Positions 27,301 to 36,800 of a stretch of 64,000 bases of DNA are shown piece after piece. This DNA comes from Basidiobolus ranarum (taxonomy: Eukaryota). Numbering within the stretch: position 1 is the first letter of the stretch; every line of letters begins with the position of its first letter. Below the pieces are notes generated by a model. It saw nothing but the letters and a program-made list of their open reading frames with translations. It was not told the origin of the DNA and searched no databases. The stretch is taken from assembly GCA_040143965.1 (NCBI GenBank), contig JASJQH010006876.1:1-64000 (forward strand), given 5' to 3'. Position numbers and translations under genes: made by a program.

Positions 27301-30300
27301 TAGTCTAGAATCCTTACGAGATTGTACCAACAGTTCTTTTTGTAATCCAAGTAGATGATCCACTTCCTTATGTAAACCGACAAGTTTGCTGTTTAGTCGA
27401 GCGATTTCTGCGGGAATTTTTTGTTCTAATGCTTCATCGAATTTTTGTGACAATATGTTGGTTTGTTGACTAATTAAGTTGTAAGCTGTTTTACGCAACT
27501 CTGCCAGACTCTGAGCTATTCTCGCAATTTTTCCATTGTCCATTTGCCCATCTTTGGATAGTACAGCGATAAGTTGCTGTTGCTGCTCTACCAAGCTTGC
27601 AACCTTGTTATCTAGAACTCTCAACTCAGACTTGATATTTTTCAGATCTTGAGCCTGTTCAGGTGTAAGTCCTCCGCGCTTGATGATGTTCAGCTGGAAC
27701 TGTGCGATTTTCTCAACCAACTGGCTTAATCCCGCAAGGTTCTGTTTTACTTGGCCAATATCATCCAAGATACGTTTGGTGTTACCGCCTTCTTGTTGGA
27801 TGAGATAGTTTTGTCGATTAGATATTTGCATAACTGCCTTATTCAATTCCCCGAATTGAGAGCGTAAGGACTCGATATCATTCAATAGTTCCTTAGGTAC
27901 CTTATCCCATCCACTCTGCAGTAATACATTTTGTTGGACTAGAACTTTGCGTACACTTTCGCTCACCTGAGAGAGTACTTTCCTCAATAAATTCAGCTCT
28001 TCACTATCACCCTTCTCATGTTCCAACAAGGTCTTTTGCTGATTGAGTAATTGAACAATATGATTACTAATCTCTGCCAATTCTAATGCGAGACCCTTGA
28101 TGTCTCCCTTCTGCTGCTTGAATAGCTCGACTACTTCTTCACGCGTAATCAGATGCTTTTGAGTCTCTAGTACCCGAGCAACTAAGCTGTAAAGCTTGTT
28201 CATCTGATCACCGAACATTCGGAGTTCTTTCCCGTGCTCCTTTATCATAGCGTTATCCTCCTGTGTATACGCTAGTAGCTTGTTCTGTTGTTCAAGCAAA
28301 CCTCGAACAAACTTTGTTAGCTGATCCATGCCTCCGTCAAGTTTTGAAAGCTCCTCTAGAACCTCTTTTGACTTGATCCCCTTACTCTCAGAGATATAGT
28401 AAGCAAGTTTGCGTTGTTCACTGACCATGAGTTCGATTGATTTTCTTAGTTCCGCCAATTTAGCATCCGTGATTCCGAAGAGTTTCTCAACGTCGTTGCC
28501 ATATTTCTCCAAAAGTTCTTTTTGTTGAATAGACAACTGATTGATATCTTTTCCTAAAGTATTCAAGCGTTGGTTTACAATTCGGAAGTTCTTGTCTTGA
28601 GATTTGGAAAGCTGAGATACTTGTCTCAATAAGACATCCTGCTTTTTAGACACATCTTCCATAACTGAATTCAACTGATCTATCTTAGAATTGATTTGCT
28701 GGGTGTTTTTAGCAATGTATTTGGTGGTTCCCTCAACTTGAGAAAGAGAGGATTTCACTTCAGAGAGTACAATATTTGTAGCCTCAGTTAACATGAGAAT
28801 CTTCTTGCTCATCTGGCGAACATCATCAATTCCCTTGACTGAAGAACCGTTTTCAAGATAACGAAGAATCTCCTTTTGGCTATTGAACATTCTCTCGATA
28901 TTTCCATAAATCTTTGATAGTCTTCCAGAAGTTTGTTTGACATATTGAAGGGTCTCTTTATCAGTGGCAAGATCATCCTTCTGAAGGGCAGACAGCTCGC
29001 CAAGAAGGCTCCTTAAACTTTGCATTTGGCCATTAATCTTTTTGATGTCTGCTGCTTCTTCTTGAATTATTGGAGCAAGTTCCAATAACCGAAGAGTGTA
29101 ACTTTGTTGTGTATTGAGGATCTTTATGATCTCATCAAATTTGCCAAGTCTACCGATAAGCCCACTCAAGTCAATCTTACCGCTGCCTTTTTTGAAGCCA
29201 CCTAAAAGGTTGATTTGATCTTCTGCCAACTTGTTAACCAAATAGGTTAATTGCTCTATCCTCTGTGCCAGTCTTGCTTCATCTTCAAGAATCTTTTGAG
29301 ACGTTTCCTCCTTGGCAACGACTCCAAGTAGTTTTTCTTGTCCAGAATATAATTGACTGATTGTCTGCTTGATTATACTGAGCTGTTTCCCAAGTTTGCC
29401 CAAATCTCCATTGGAGGAATATTCGGAATTTTTAAGGGATTCTTCCTGTAGCTGGATCATTTTCACCGTGCTGTCTCTCAAGATACGGAGCTGCTCATTA
29501 AGTTTTCCAACGTCCTTGGAGTAGTCTGGTATCGCAAACCCTCCATTGAGGAATCGCTTTTGTTGCTTTAATACAAGCGCCATAACATCGCTCAGTTGGG
29601 AAAGTTTGCCATTGATCTTGTTGATATCCTGAGATTGCCCGTTCTCATTATTCAGGATTTTTCGTTGGTCAACTGCCACTTTTTCAATGACTCGGTAGAT
29701 CTTGGATGTTAAGCCTTCGAGTGTGCTAATTTCCTTTTCAAATTTGCCGGACATACCTTCGCCCTCCCCATTTTCGTAAACAACCTTTCTCTGGTTGAAA
29801 ATACCTTTAACTGATACGCGAAGCTTTTCAAGTATACCTCGAAGATCTTTGTACTCTTCACTTTGATCTTTACTAAGTCGATCGAAGATAGATTCCTGTT
29901 GTTTGATAATAAAGTCTACTCTTTCGCTGAGTTTTCCGAGTCGATTATTTAAACCTTCGAAGTTTCCTTTGATAGAGCTCAAGTCAATATTTACTGGCTT
30001 GCCTTTGATTAGAATCTTTTGCTGTCTTGAGATTAACTCCACAACCTCCACCAATTGATTTATACGAGAGTTTAGTGAATCCACAGACTTGCTCGAAATT
30101 CCATCTTTATCAGAGATGTCGGACCGGTAATATTTAGTCAACTCCATTTGCTCTTGAACTAACCTTTCTACGATATTGCTGATGTCAGCAAGTCGATAGT
30201 TAATACTTCCAATATCTTTGGTTATTTCTTTGGAGGTCGAGGGGTTTTTGTACTGCTTGATTAATATTTTCTGAGACTCTACTAGTTCCTGAATCGTATT

Positions 30301-32556
30301 TCGAAGATTATCGAGAGATATTACGACTTTTCCATGCACACCATGGTTGCTCTTTCCTGAGTCTGTATGTTTAAAGTCACGTAGCTTCTCCTGTTCTTCA
30401 ATCAAGTATTCGATCTTCTTTCCGAGGTTGACTAAATTGCCGTCCATCTTAGCAATCAAATTGGATTGTTGTTGTATCCAACGACTCTGCTCGGCAAGTG
30501 ATTGTAGAATCTTATCCAGCTTTGATAGTTTGCTATTAAATGCTGACCATTTTTTATCACTATAGGCAAGTTTGGATTTGATTAGTTCCGTTTGTTCTTT
30601 GAAGAGTGTTTCGGTTACGGACTTGAGCATCATTATAGCCCGAGTTATACCATTAATATCACGAAGAAATTCAGCAGGGATGCGGTTATGCTCGTGCTCA
30701 TGTTTGCTCAGTATTTTCTGTTGACCATCCGTAAGTTCCTCGCATGCTTTTTGAATACGATTCAGTAGATTGACGATTCCACTGTACTCTAAGGTTGCTC
30801 CTTCTTTCTTGTTCCCATATCCGTCTTCCACGACACGGAGTTGTTGAGAAGTGATATTCTTAATCAATTCTCTGAGTGATTCTATCTCCGAAGTGATAAT
30901 TTTGACGTTTTTTCCGTTGAAATCGTAATTTCCGTTAGAGTGATGTTCACTAATCAAGGTTGACTCTTTCTCAACTAAAGAGGTAAGGGAAGAAAAGGCT
31001 TCGTTTAGACGTCCTTTGAGTCCTTTTATCTCTTTGTAAATACTCTCACTGTGCTCTCCTTCAGCGACGTTGCCATCGTGAACCTCTTGAGCCACAGTAT
31101 TGAGTGATTCAACTAGACGACCAACTCTTCCAAACAGATCTTTGAAATTGGAGTTTTGGTTCGCGAGAACTTCAGAAATGGCCTTCATCTCTTGCTTTCC
31201 GGAAATACTGTCTTGTTCAATACTGCTTTCAAGAAGATTTCTAACTTGAGTCAATTCCTTTCTCAAATGAATAATGCTCTCGTTATCTTTGCTGGAGATT
31301 TTTGTGATTCTGCTAACTGCATTGCTGACTTCTTTAGTGATTAGATTCATTGCCGAGTGCAGTCCGCGTATACTGTTACGAATCTCTTGGAGCTCATAAT
31401 CACGCTCTCCGTTATTTTTGCCTGAATCAGTGTATCCAGAGTCAACAGTATATGAACCATCCTTACTCAGGCGGCCAACTGCTCGTAGCAGATCAGTCAG
31501 TCTAGCATTGATCTCAGTAATATCTTTTGATGATTTTACGATGGCGATATTTTGCTCTTGAGTACTGTGTTGTTGCTCTTCAGAGAGTTGAGAAACTCCG
31601 CGTCTAAGTCGCTCAAGTTTTTCATTCAAAGTATTTACTTCACTGATGGTTTTGGCGCTATTTGAGTACGTTTTAGAAGCCAGCTCCTCGATGGCTACAT
31701 TCTGGGTTGATATTCCACCCACGGTACGAATAAGCTCTTCGACTTTACCAGATAGTACGTCCAACTCTTTGTTTGAGCCTTTTCCAAAGTGGTAAGAACT
31801 CGCTGAGGATGACTTGTGCCCTAATGCCACTTCTTCAATTAAGTGATCTAATTTTTCTTCGATTCGGGTGAATTCCTCTTGGTAAAACTCCTCATTTTTG
31901 TGTGTTGACAGCGGAGCTTTTCCGTTCTCTATCTTTTGATGAGTTTCGGGCAACACTACAACTTGTTCAACGCTCTCGCTATCGTCCTGATCATAACCAT
32001 AGCTTAATCCTAGTCTATTCAAGCCAAAGTCGCCTTCATACCAATTTTGAATACCACCAAGGAATCTTAATTGGTTGTCGGGAAACAAGACAATTTGCTC
32101 TTCTGGTGCCGCAGTCAGATACACTTGTTCTATTATACTGGCTGGTCGTGAGGAGATAAGTCGGAAAGATCTACTGTTTTGGCTCACTCTAGCGCGATTG
32201 AGGTTACTATGGTTGTTGCCGACAACCTGGAATGAACGGGACAGTTCGTTTCTACCATTGAGGAATTTGCCACCACTTGTTTTGCTAGTCACGCGAATGA
32301 TTTTCTGGCCGTCATGGCTTTCTCCTCCTTCAAACTCTGGAGTATCATCATTATCTTTATCCGAATCCTCGACCTCATGTTGAATATCCTTTTTCTCAAG
32401 GAACTTTTTTTGCTTCAATAGTGAGGTGCCTTCATCTTCAGTTGCTTCTTCACCAAGTATTGTGTTACTTAGCGCGAGCTGACTGATTAAAAACAAAGCG
32501 GTACGCCAGTTCTTGCCGGCATTGGAGACTCTGATGTGATTGGGGTTTGACAGCAT
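21307..32556 (-). CDS. Giant (3749 aa) intronless segmented coiled-coil repeat protein A, probably secreted; function unknown
   Basis: An uninterrupted 11.25 kb ORF with a recurring L-x2-L-x3-V-x2-L-x3-Q-x2-L heptad motif, an N-terminal hydrophobic stretch (TALFLISQLALSNT) and clear colinear similarity to the neighbouring ORF. Confidence 0.9.
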   Translation of the reverse strand: MLSNPNHIRVSNAGKNWRTALFLISQLALSNTILGEEATEDEGTSLLKQKKFLEKKDIQHEVEDSDKDNDDTPEFEGGESHDGQKIIRVTSKTSGGKFLNGRNELSRSFQVVGNNHSNLNRARVSQNSRSFRLISSRPASIIEQVYLTAAPEEQIVLFPDNQLRFLGGIQNWYEGDFGLNRLGLSYGYDQDDSESVEQVVVLPETHQKIENGKAPLSTHKNEEFYQEEFTRIEEKLDHLIEEVALGHKSSSASSYHFGKGSNKELDVLSGKVEELIRTVGGISTQNVAIEELASKTYSNSAKTISEVNTLNEKLERLRRGVSQLSEEQQHSTQEQNIAIVKSSKDITEINARLTDLLRAVGRLSKDGSYTVDSGYTDSGKNNGERDYELQEIRNSIRGLHSAMNLITKEVSNAVSRITKISSKDNESIIHLRKELTQVRNLLESSIEQDSISGKQEMKAISEVLANQNSNFKDLFGRVGRLVESLNTVAQEVHDGNVAEGEHSESIYKEIKGLKGRLNEAFSSLTSLVEKESTLISEHHSNGNYDFNGKNVKIITSEIESLRELIKNITSQQLRVVEDGYGNKKEGATLEYSGIVNLLNRIQKACEELTDGQQKILSKHEHEHNRIPAEFLRDINGITRAIMMLKSVTETLFKEQTELIKSKLAYSDKKWSAFNSKLSKLDKILQSLAEQSRWIQQQSNLIAKMDGNLVNLGKKIEYLIEEQEKLRDFKHTDSGKSNHGVHGKVVISLDNLRNTIQELVESQKILIKQYKNPSTSKEITKDIGSINYRLADISNIVERLVQEQMELTKYYRSDISDKDGISSKSVDSLNSRINQLVEVVELISRQQKILIKGKPVNIDLSSIKGNFEGLNNRLGKLSERVDFIIKQQESIFDRLSKDQSEEYKDLRGILEKLRVSVKGIFNQRKVVYENGEGEGMSGKFEKEISTLEGLTSKIYRVIEKVAVDQRKILNNENGQSQDINKINGKLSQLSDVMALVLKQQKRFLNGGFAIPDYSKDVGKLNEQLRILRDSTVKMIQLQEESLKNSEYSSNGDLGKLGKQLSIIKQTISQLYSGQEKLLGVVAKEETSQKILEDEARLAQRIEQLTYLVNKLAEDQINLLGGFKKGSGKIDLSGLIGRLGKFDEIIKILNTQQSYTLRLLELAPIIQEEAADIKKINGQMQSLRSLLGELSALQKDDLATDKETLQYVKQTSGRLSKIYGNIERMFNSQKEILRYLENGSSVKGIDDVRQMSKKILMLTEATNIVLSEVKSSLSQVEGTTKYIAKNTQQINSKIDQLNSVMEDVSKKQDVLLRQVSQLSKSQDKNFRIVNQRLNTLGKDINQLSIQQKELLEKYGNDVEKLFGITDAKLAELRKSIELMVSEQRKLAYYISESKGIKSKEVLEELSKLDGGMDQLTKFVRGLLEQQNKLLAYTQEDNAMIKEHGKELRMFGDQMNKLYSLVARVLETQKHLITREEVVELFKQQKGDIKGLALELAEISNHIVQLLNQQKTLLEHEKGDSEELNLLRKVLSQVSESVRKVLVQQNVLLQSGWDKVPKELLNDIESLRSQFGELNKAVMQISNRQNYLIQQEGGNTKRILDDIGQVKQNLAGLSQLVEKIAQFQLNIIKRGGLTPEQAQDLKNIKSELRVLDNKVASLVEQQQQLIAVLSKDGQMDNGKIARIAQSLAELRKTAYNLISQQTNILSQKFDEALEQKIPAEIARLNSKLVGLHKEVDHLLGLQKELLVQSRKDSRLIVEKVDNLDAKLGQLGSYIKELSAEQKAILLNNSDLLKQNLGKTDRLTYEVKNLDKKIENLVRIQYELLKRIDGESKLDAKETKRILQGLSGLQSLISQLIVQQEKLISASLTGKVSEPILRKLELLNEKYAQLVEIVSQITTKQNALFQLSRDSNNTEHRLEEQVDEINKRLLGLFDFIKQTFAEQTKVLNTREITALLRDQSQRITNLGVKLSELGNQFDKMVNEQGFIIKQLGEASSNDTKRDRAISQELMTLREVIRKLIESQRSLLGPEIAAKVGEEVSKIISSLNDRMVQLGVVIQNVRKEQTEIVKFLREGGNYKQVEGQLVQLRRQFSQITEWIKKIATEQSQLLRRDEVMSILKEQTGDIRLIKSRLSQFKNDIVRIVEIQGALLRETKTANDGDIARDTELAKRLSELKNLTETIVNIQQVILNSDTYKIIPKEILSQVNEINARLERFGPTIFKLLDQQKYLLELTSVEKRDLDEIRGEVNGISTRVIQLLKEIKQIHEEQRIIISQNQEVKAALDQQLGYIQNINSRLSNFAARTTEFLSQQAKLLEKVLSTQERDEHGLGETLGRVKQLQGVVASILHWQQSLNLPEILGSLPKTLVNTIRELSEKIIHLTDNVANLGQQQHIIVEKQNGEFESIRQGLGALNGRIGQFGDILQEISSVQAKLIHDDRVLALLNHQSNQIQGLGININTIRKEITQLINQQQQLLNQGSGIHQGEIINLKKIGGNISYLTKVVDQLFKQQQLLANSQLLNQFPKRIVNDVEILNKQVQGLGESVKEIRELQAVFLKSQNRNNQITGNLARNVEVISGKFNNLSESVRRILELQQAILNNDKVGPILEKFYGEFRGIDGRLSRLSGLVSHILDSQQTLVNTKQFQTFVHENRIDDRKIFETLSSLRNTLRVLFDQQKDLVRPEMLNAVAKNLHRTIRAVGGQVTGLGAVIERIQEEQKAVLENQGRLNVNFEERVNGLNQQLSTLNESVHRIFAQQGEILRNEQVLKVIAERLSDLEPIKHNLSGVNERLNALLHRQNDITQIVEKAFGQGTEISRQIIGRFAEFSQSVRQMITRQTTLLSETIVEKAPKELLGQIVGLNRQFEIINSGIGKLFEIQKEILSHEHRGLPNENILNRLYLLTQHFDELSTVAKYIAKKQNDLMNREELLTILRQQSGAIHGVDVRVGQLGERVNSLIGQQRTLLGTIVQKLDKSGYSRDRFDAVLARLAGLEKGIQLVLRKQQNLAALEVEQGNRLDGKIQDSTRFLNEKLTRLTQVVDRLFEEQKALIAIERENTEISKATLDGVERLNNNLVHLDDAVQFLVKEAQQIDAKVTTLLGLPQDVHQVKVRLERLSDSTKRLIEQHARLFEFTKGGVTTLNRQGHALSENMNIRLSEIAKLVNQLIHQQNQLLAVESRNSHKHSQEIESLASKIYKIEEVVEFLLSEQRKLFELNRSEQNEQFTRLDQKLNLFGDALKQLISQQHNLMRLTGLVEKQSIAINNMGGALGNLNGIVARLVSQQQELLVYTKEHDHAELAGLNDRLGELRNTVAKIINQHQVLLRREINDFRSQENKNDREITAHFDQRINQVSSLMVKLVREQDTILSHIKRQTLDNNRIAEAVSRISNQINELAQLTVRLNLEQNSLIERGFTQLSQQNNQGFKRLDNRLDIIGHALGRITGDDANSLINRFELASRQQSRENREIKSRLNQITKVLEKIVTRPELIFPNHARDFVDLKRRIGYLDQVLEKLTTIQTKSTEKLLSLDEEQRQKVDYLLNIIPTLNESIRRLGLLGATDSHRFFEELSTIRETMQQCDNAIISLKETLNLNGFLVGSLVSPDINIESLIKKGVYSKGYALDRSGFKGASKFNQKAFRKSWSNSDSDAYQDGQYDSESGAYGNISDSAYADSGSSYSDTSNKDLHDGYDFHNGYWYPENKDFNRAITSKYTSDEDSASESFNSISESINESLLQAEKTIAKSEPVQTKEEDEDDSGSGY

Positions 32557-33851
32557 GGCAAATAATGGATTCTTCTAACGAAATTTGTAAAGTAGTGATC
32601 AAAATTAATTCCAGAATCAGTGAGAAATATGGAATGCAAAGTATAATATAAGATTGATTCTCGAAAGTCAAAAAAGTCAAAAATAGTTTCTATGTGTACG
32701 AATTGTGGAAGTAAGAAAGTTCCAATTCTTTGGTAAATAGAGAAAAAGTAGTGGTCCAAAGAAATTCCTACGTTGTAAGGTGGTTGATGGCTACTCATCA
32801 TCTATCCTCTTTTTATATCTTATGAACAAACTTTATTCACTACTTGTTCACCATGCATTGGGGTACCATTGCACGAAGGATTCTGAAACTCGAGCCTGAA
32901 TTTTTCTCTAACAGTGCTAAGTGTTTAGGGTTGAATTTGCTGTATTGGTAAGTACCATCACACCATCGTTGTTTCAAAAATATCATATTAAATTCATTGA
33001 TCTTGACATGAAGGGTCCTTGAATAAACGAAATCCACCAAATAATCCAAGTATGCCACTCGAGGCTCGGTTTCAAAGTTTCTCTTTCTTCAATAGCGTAT
33101 TTGGATGGGAATTTCTTTAGAGTGAGTGGTTGAGCTATGACTAGACTTTGGCGGTCTTGACTTCAGTATTAGCCACCAAACGCCACCTATCTAGTAGTAA
33201 TTCGTATGTATAGCTTTGCGCATGGCATGTTTGGATCTATCGTATGAAACATAGGTGATTGCCCGAGTTGAACTGAAAATATTCCAAAACAAACAATCAT
33301 TGCAGATTACAACCTGCCATGGTTTTTGCTTTGTTTTCACCCATTTATTCTTAAAAGATCTGCACCTCGTATTTCACTGTTTCAACGTTGCATGTGATAG
33401 AAAGTAAATTCGGATAACATTGTGCTTTAGCGATCCAACCAATTAACATCCATTTAAATGAATTAATTACATTGAATGAGTATGTGGACGCTGATGCGGA
33501 TCTTGTCAAGATACGAGGGGCCAAATGTAAAAATGCAAAATCGAAGACTGATGATTTTACGGAACTTTTTCAACTGATTTGTTCCACTCGAATGACTATA
33601 CTAATTACGTAGAAAACAATAATAGATGAAGGAAACTAACGGCGTACACTACAGCTACATGTTATTTTGTTTCATTGAATCATCGCTCTTGTGCGATAGA
33701 CGGTAGTTATATAAATTCGCACCGTACATCCTGATGTGATGATTATATTGAACTCTTTTTTGTACCCCCATTCCTGCTTATCCTTTAGATATCTTATATT
33801 ATTCGATAAAAACAACCCTTGAACAAATCACTTACAAAAATCAACAACAAA
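32557..33851. promoter_or_regulatory. Probable bidirectional promoter shared by the two giant genes
   Basis: A 1.3 kb divergent spacer with outward-facing TATA-like boxes: TATAAAA on the minus strand at 32811-32817 and TATATAAA on the plus strand at 33708-33715. Confidence 0.55.
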
Positions 33852-36800
33852 ATGATGTTTGAAAATTCCATCAGAATTCATGATGCTTCCCAGAAATCCA
33901 AGAATTTACGTCGTAGTTTATTCTTGATTTCGCAATTAGCGGTGGTACAAGCTATAAACCATCCTTCATATAGTCAATCAAGGAGTCAAAAAGAGAGTCA
34001 CACCTCTACCAATCCAGAGAAACCTTTTACAAATGGAGCAACCATATCCTCCAAAAAACCACTGGGTTTTCCTAATATCTCAAACAATCCATTGATGTCT
34101 CAATATCCTAGTCCATCAAATGTAAGCTATAGTGAACATCGAGGTAATGTATTGGTGAATGGGTATCCAGTCGAAGTTGCTCCTTCTGGTGCTTTTTACC
34201 ATGATGACGGATATGGGTTCGACCTTTTTGAGTCTGATATTCCTTCATATCTGGAATTCGGCGATTACCCTCTATCGGGGTACTTTAATACACCATCCTG
34301 GGGAATCTCTGGCAATCAGGCTGTACTCTTTCCAGATGGTCAATTGAGATTTTTGGCGCCTGCTTTCGATGACATAAATGACGGCTCATACTATCAAGAG
34401 ATCGATGTACCTGTTTATGTCGAACAAATTGAAGTCGACTCAATAGATAATAGAGAAGCGGAAGAGATTGCTGTGGTGAATAACGAGAATGACTACATTA
34501 ATTCCGTACAGTTAAACGAAGTATCATCAAAGCTAGAACAATCAGAGGAATTCCAATTATTAGATGCCAAACTTGATCAGCTCACACTGGCATTATCTCA
34601 AGTAATATCAGGATCTACTAAAGGTGAAAGTAATACCCCAGCAACAAACCCAAATGTTCATATCAATGGGCTTGTTGAAGGTATGGATGTGTTAAATCAC
34701 AAAGTAGAAGAGTTAGTGAAAGCAGTTGGAATTGTAACAGAACAAAATCAACTAATCGGTACTCAAACCTCAAAAGTATTAAAAACTTCCACAAAAACCT
34801 TATCCGAAGTCGATACTATAAACGAAAAGTTAACCACGATAAAGAAAGATCTTACTCTTATCTCAGAGAAAGAATCTCACATCGAACAACAGCAAACTAA
34901 CAATATCGTACGCTCCTCCAAAGATATCAATGAGATAAATGAACGAATCACCGATCTATTAAGAACAGTAGGAGGATTATCCAAAGGCTCTTATAACCAT
35001 CAACATGATTCTAAGGTTGCACACGATTCTAATGCCAGTCAGGAGTTGAAAGAAATTCGAGGAAATTTGAACCGAATGCAAAATTCCATAACTGCCATCT
35101 CTAGCGAAGTAACCTCATTCTTATCTAAAGTAGAGAAAACGTCGCTGCAAGATATCGAAGGAATAAATCAATTACGCAAGGAATTTAGTCAATTCAAAGT
35201 CTTTATGGATAAACGAATTGCTGAGAGTAATAATTTAGAGAAAGAAAATCATGCAGAAACCGTACAGATGCTTAACAAGGAGTATACTCTAATCGGGGAT
35301 CTTAGTAAACGGGTGGATGGATTATTTGCTAGTTTGAAAATTGTTCTGGAGCAACTCCAGAAACTTGAAAACAAGGATGCAGACTACACAAAAGCAATTA
35401 CAACGATCGAGGGCTTACTGCAACGACTGAGCCAAACTAGTGATACTTTGGATAGGTTAATTAAGAAGGAAATGAATCTGATCAGTAATCGCGATTATTC
35501 CAAACCTACTAGTGGAATTGATTCAAGAAGAGTTCTTTCCAGCTTAGAAGAACTTCGCAACGAAATGAAGAACCTAACAGCGCAGCAAATAGACTTGTTC
35601 CAAAAGTATAATTCCAGCACTAATAATGAAGGATACGAGAAGATAGTAAACCATTTGAATCAACTTCAGAAAACGGTGATTCAATTGGTCTCAGAGGGAG
35701 GAAAATATTTCAAAGTTCCCGATTCCGGAAACTACCCGAAAGAACTCATCCGTGACATCGAAAACATGAGTGAAAATATTATTAATCTCAACTCAATCGT
35801 TAAAGGACTTGTCAAGCAGCAACAGAAGTTGATTGAATCTTACGGGGAAAACAACAAAGGTGGTTGGAAAGAGTTCAATGTCAATTTTGAGAAACTTGGT
35901 CGAGTAATCAATATGCTCTCTACACAGAACAGTTGGATCAAGCAGCAAACAGATGTGATCTCTAAGATGGACTCTCATATTACGGAGATAGGCTCTAAGA
36001 TTAATCATCTTATCGAGGAACAATCCAGATTAGAAGTATATCCACATAAAGGCTCCAAGAGTGATCCAAATATTGCCTACAAACTAGATCAACTGCGCAA
36101 GACCGTGGAGCAGTTGGCACACGATCAACAGATTCTACTTGGGAAATATAGGGAAGGAAAAGCATCAGATGTTCTGACGAAGGATATTCAAAGTGTCAAC
36201 TATAAACTAGCCGATCTTAGTTCAGTGGTTACTAGACTTTTGCAAGAACAGAAGTCAATAGTGAATAAACTTGGCTCACAAAAAAACCGTCCCAGTGACG
36301 GGAAAGATGAATCTAAAGAGATCCATCTTCTGAGTGAGCAAATAGAACGACTCCGAGAGGTGGTTACCCTTATTGCTAAGCAACAAAAAACTCTCCTTCA
36401 GGGAAAGTCAATCACCGTAAATACCGACAACATCACCGTACTAGACTCCAGGTTGAATTCATTAGGCCAGAAGATGGATTATCTTATCAAACAACAACAA
36501 CTCATATCAGGAAAATATGGCAACTCTGAAGACACCAAAAATCAAAACTCAGAATACCGGAACGTTGAGACTATCCTCAATCAACTTCGACAGACAGTTA
36601 CCGAAGTGATTAAAGAGCAGACGGTATTGATTCGAGGATCAGGTGGCAAATTACCAAGCAAATTACCAGATGACCTCGAAAGAGTAATTGAAAATCTGGC
36701 AAAGCAATGCTCTCGAATCTACAATGTGGTTGATAAGATCGGCTATGAGCAAGAACAGATTTTGAAAAATGACAAAGGAGAAGTCAAAGATATCCAGGAA

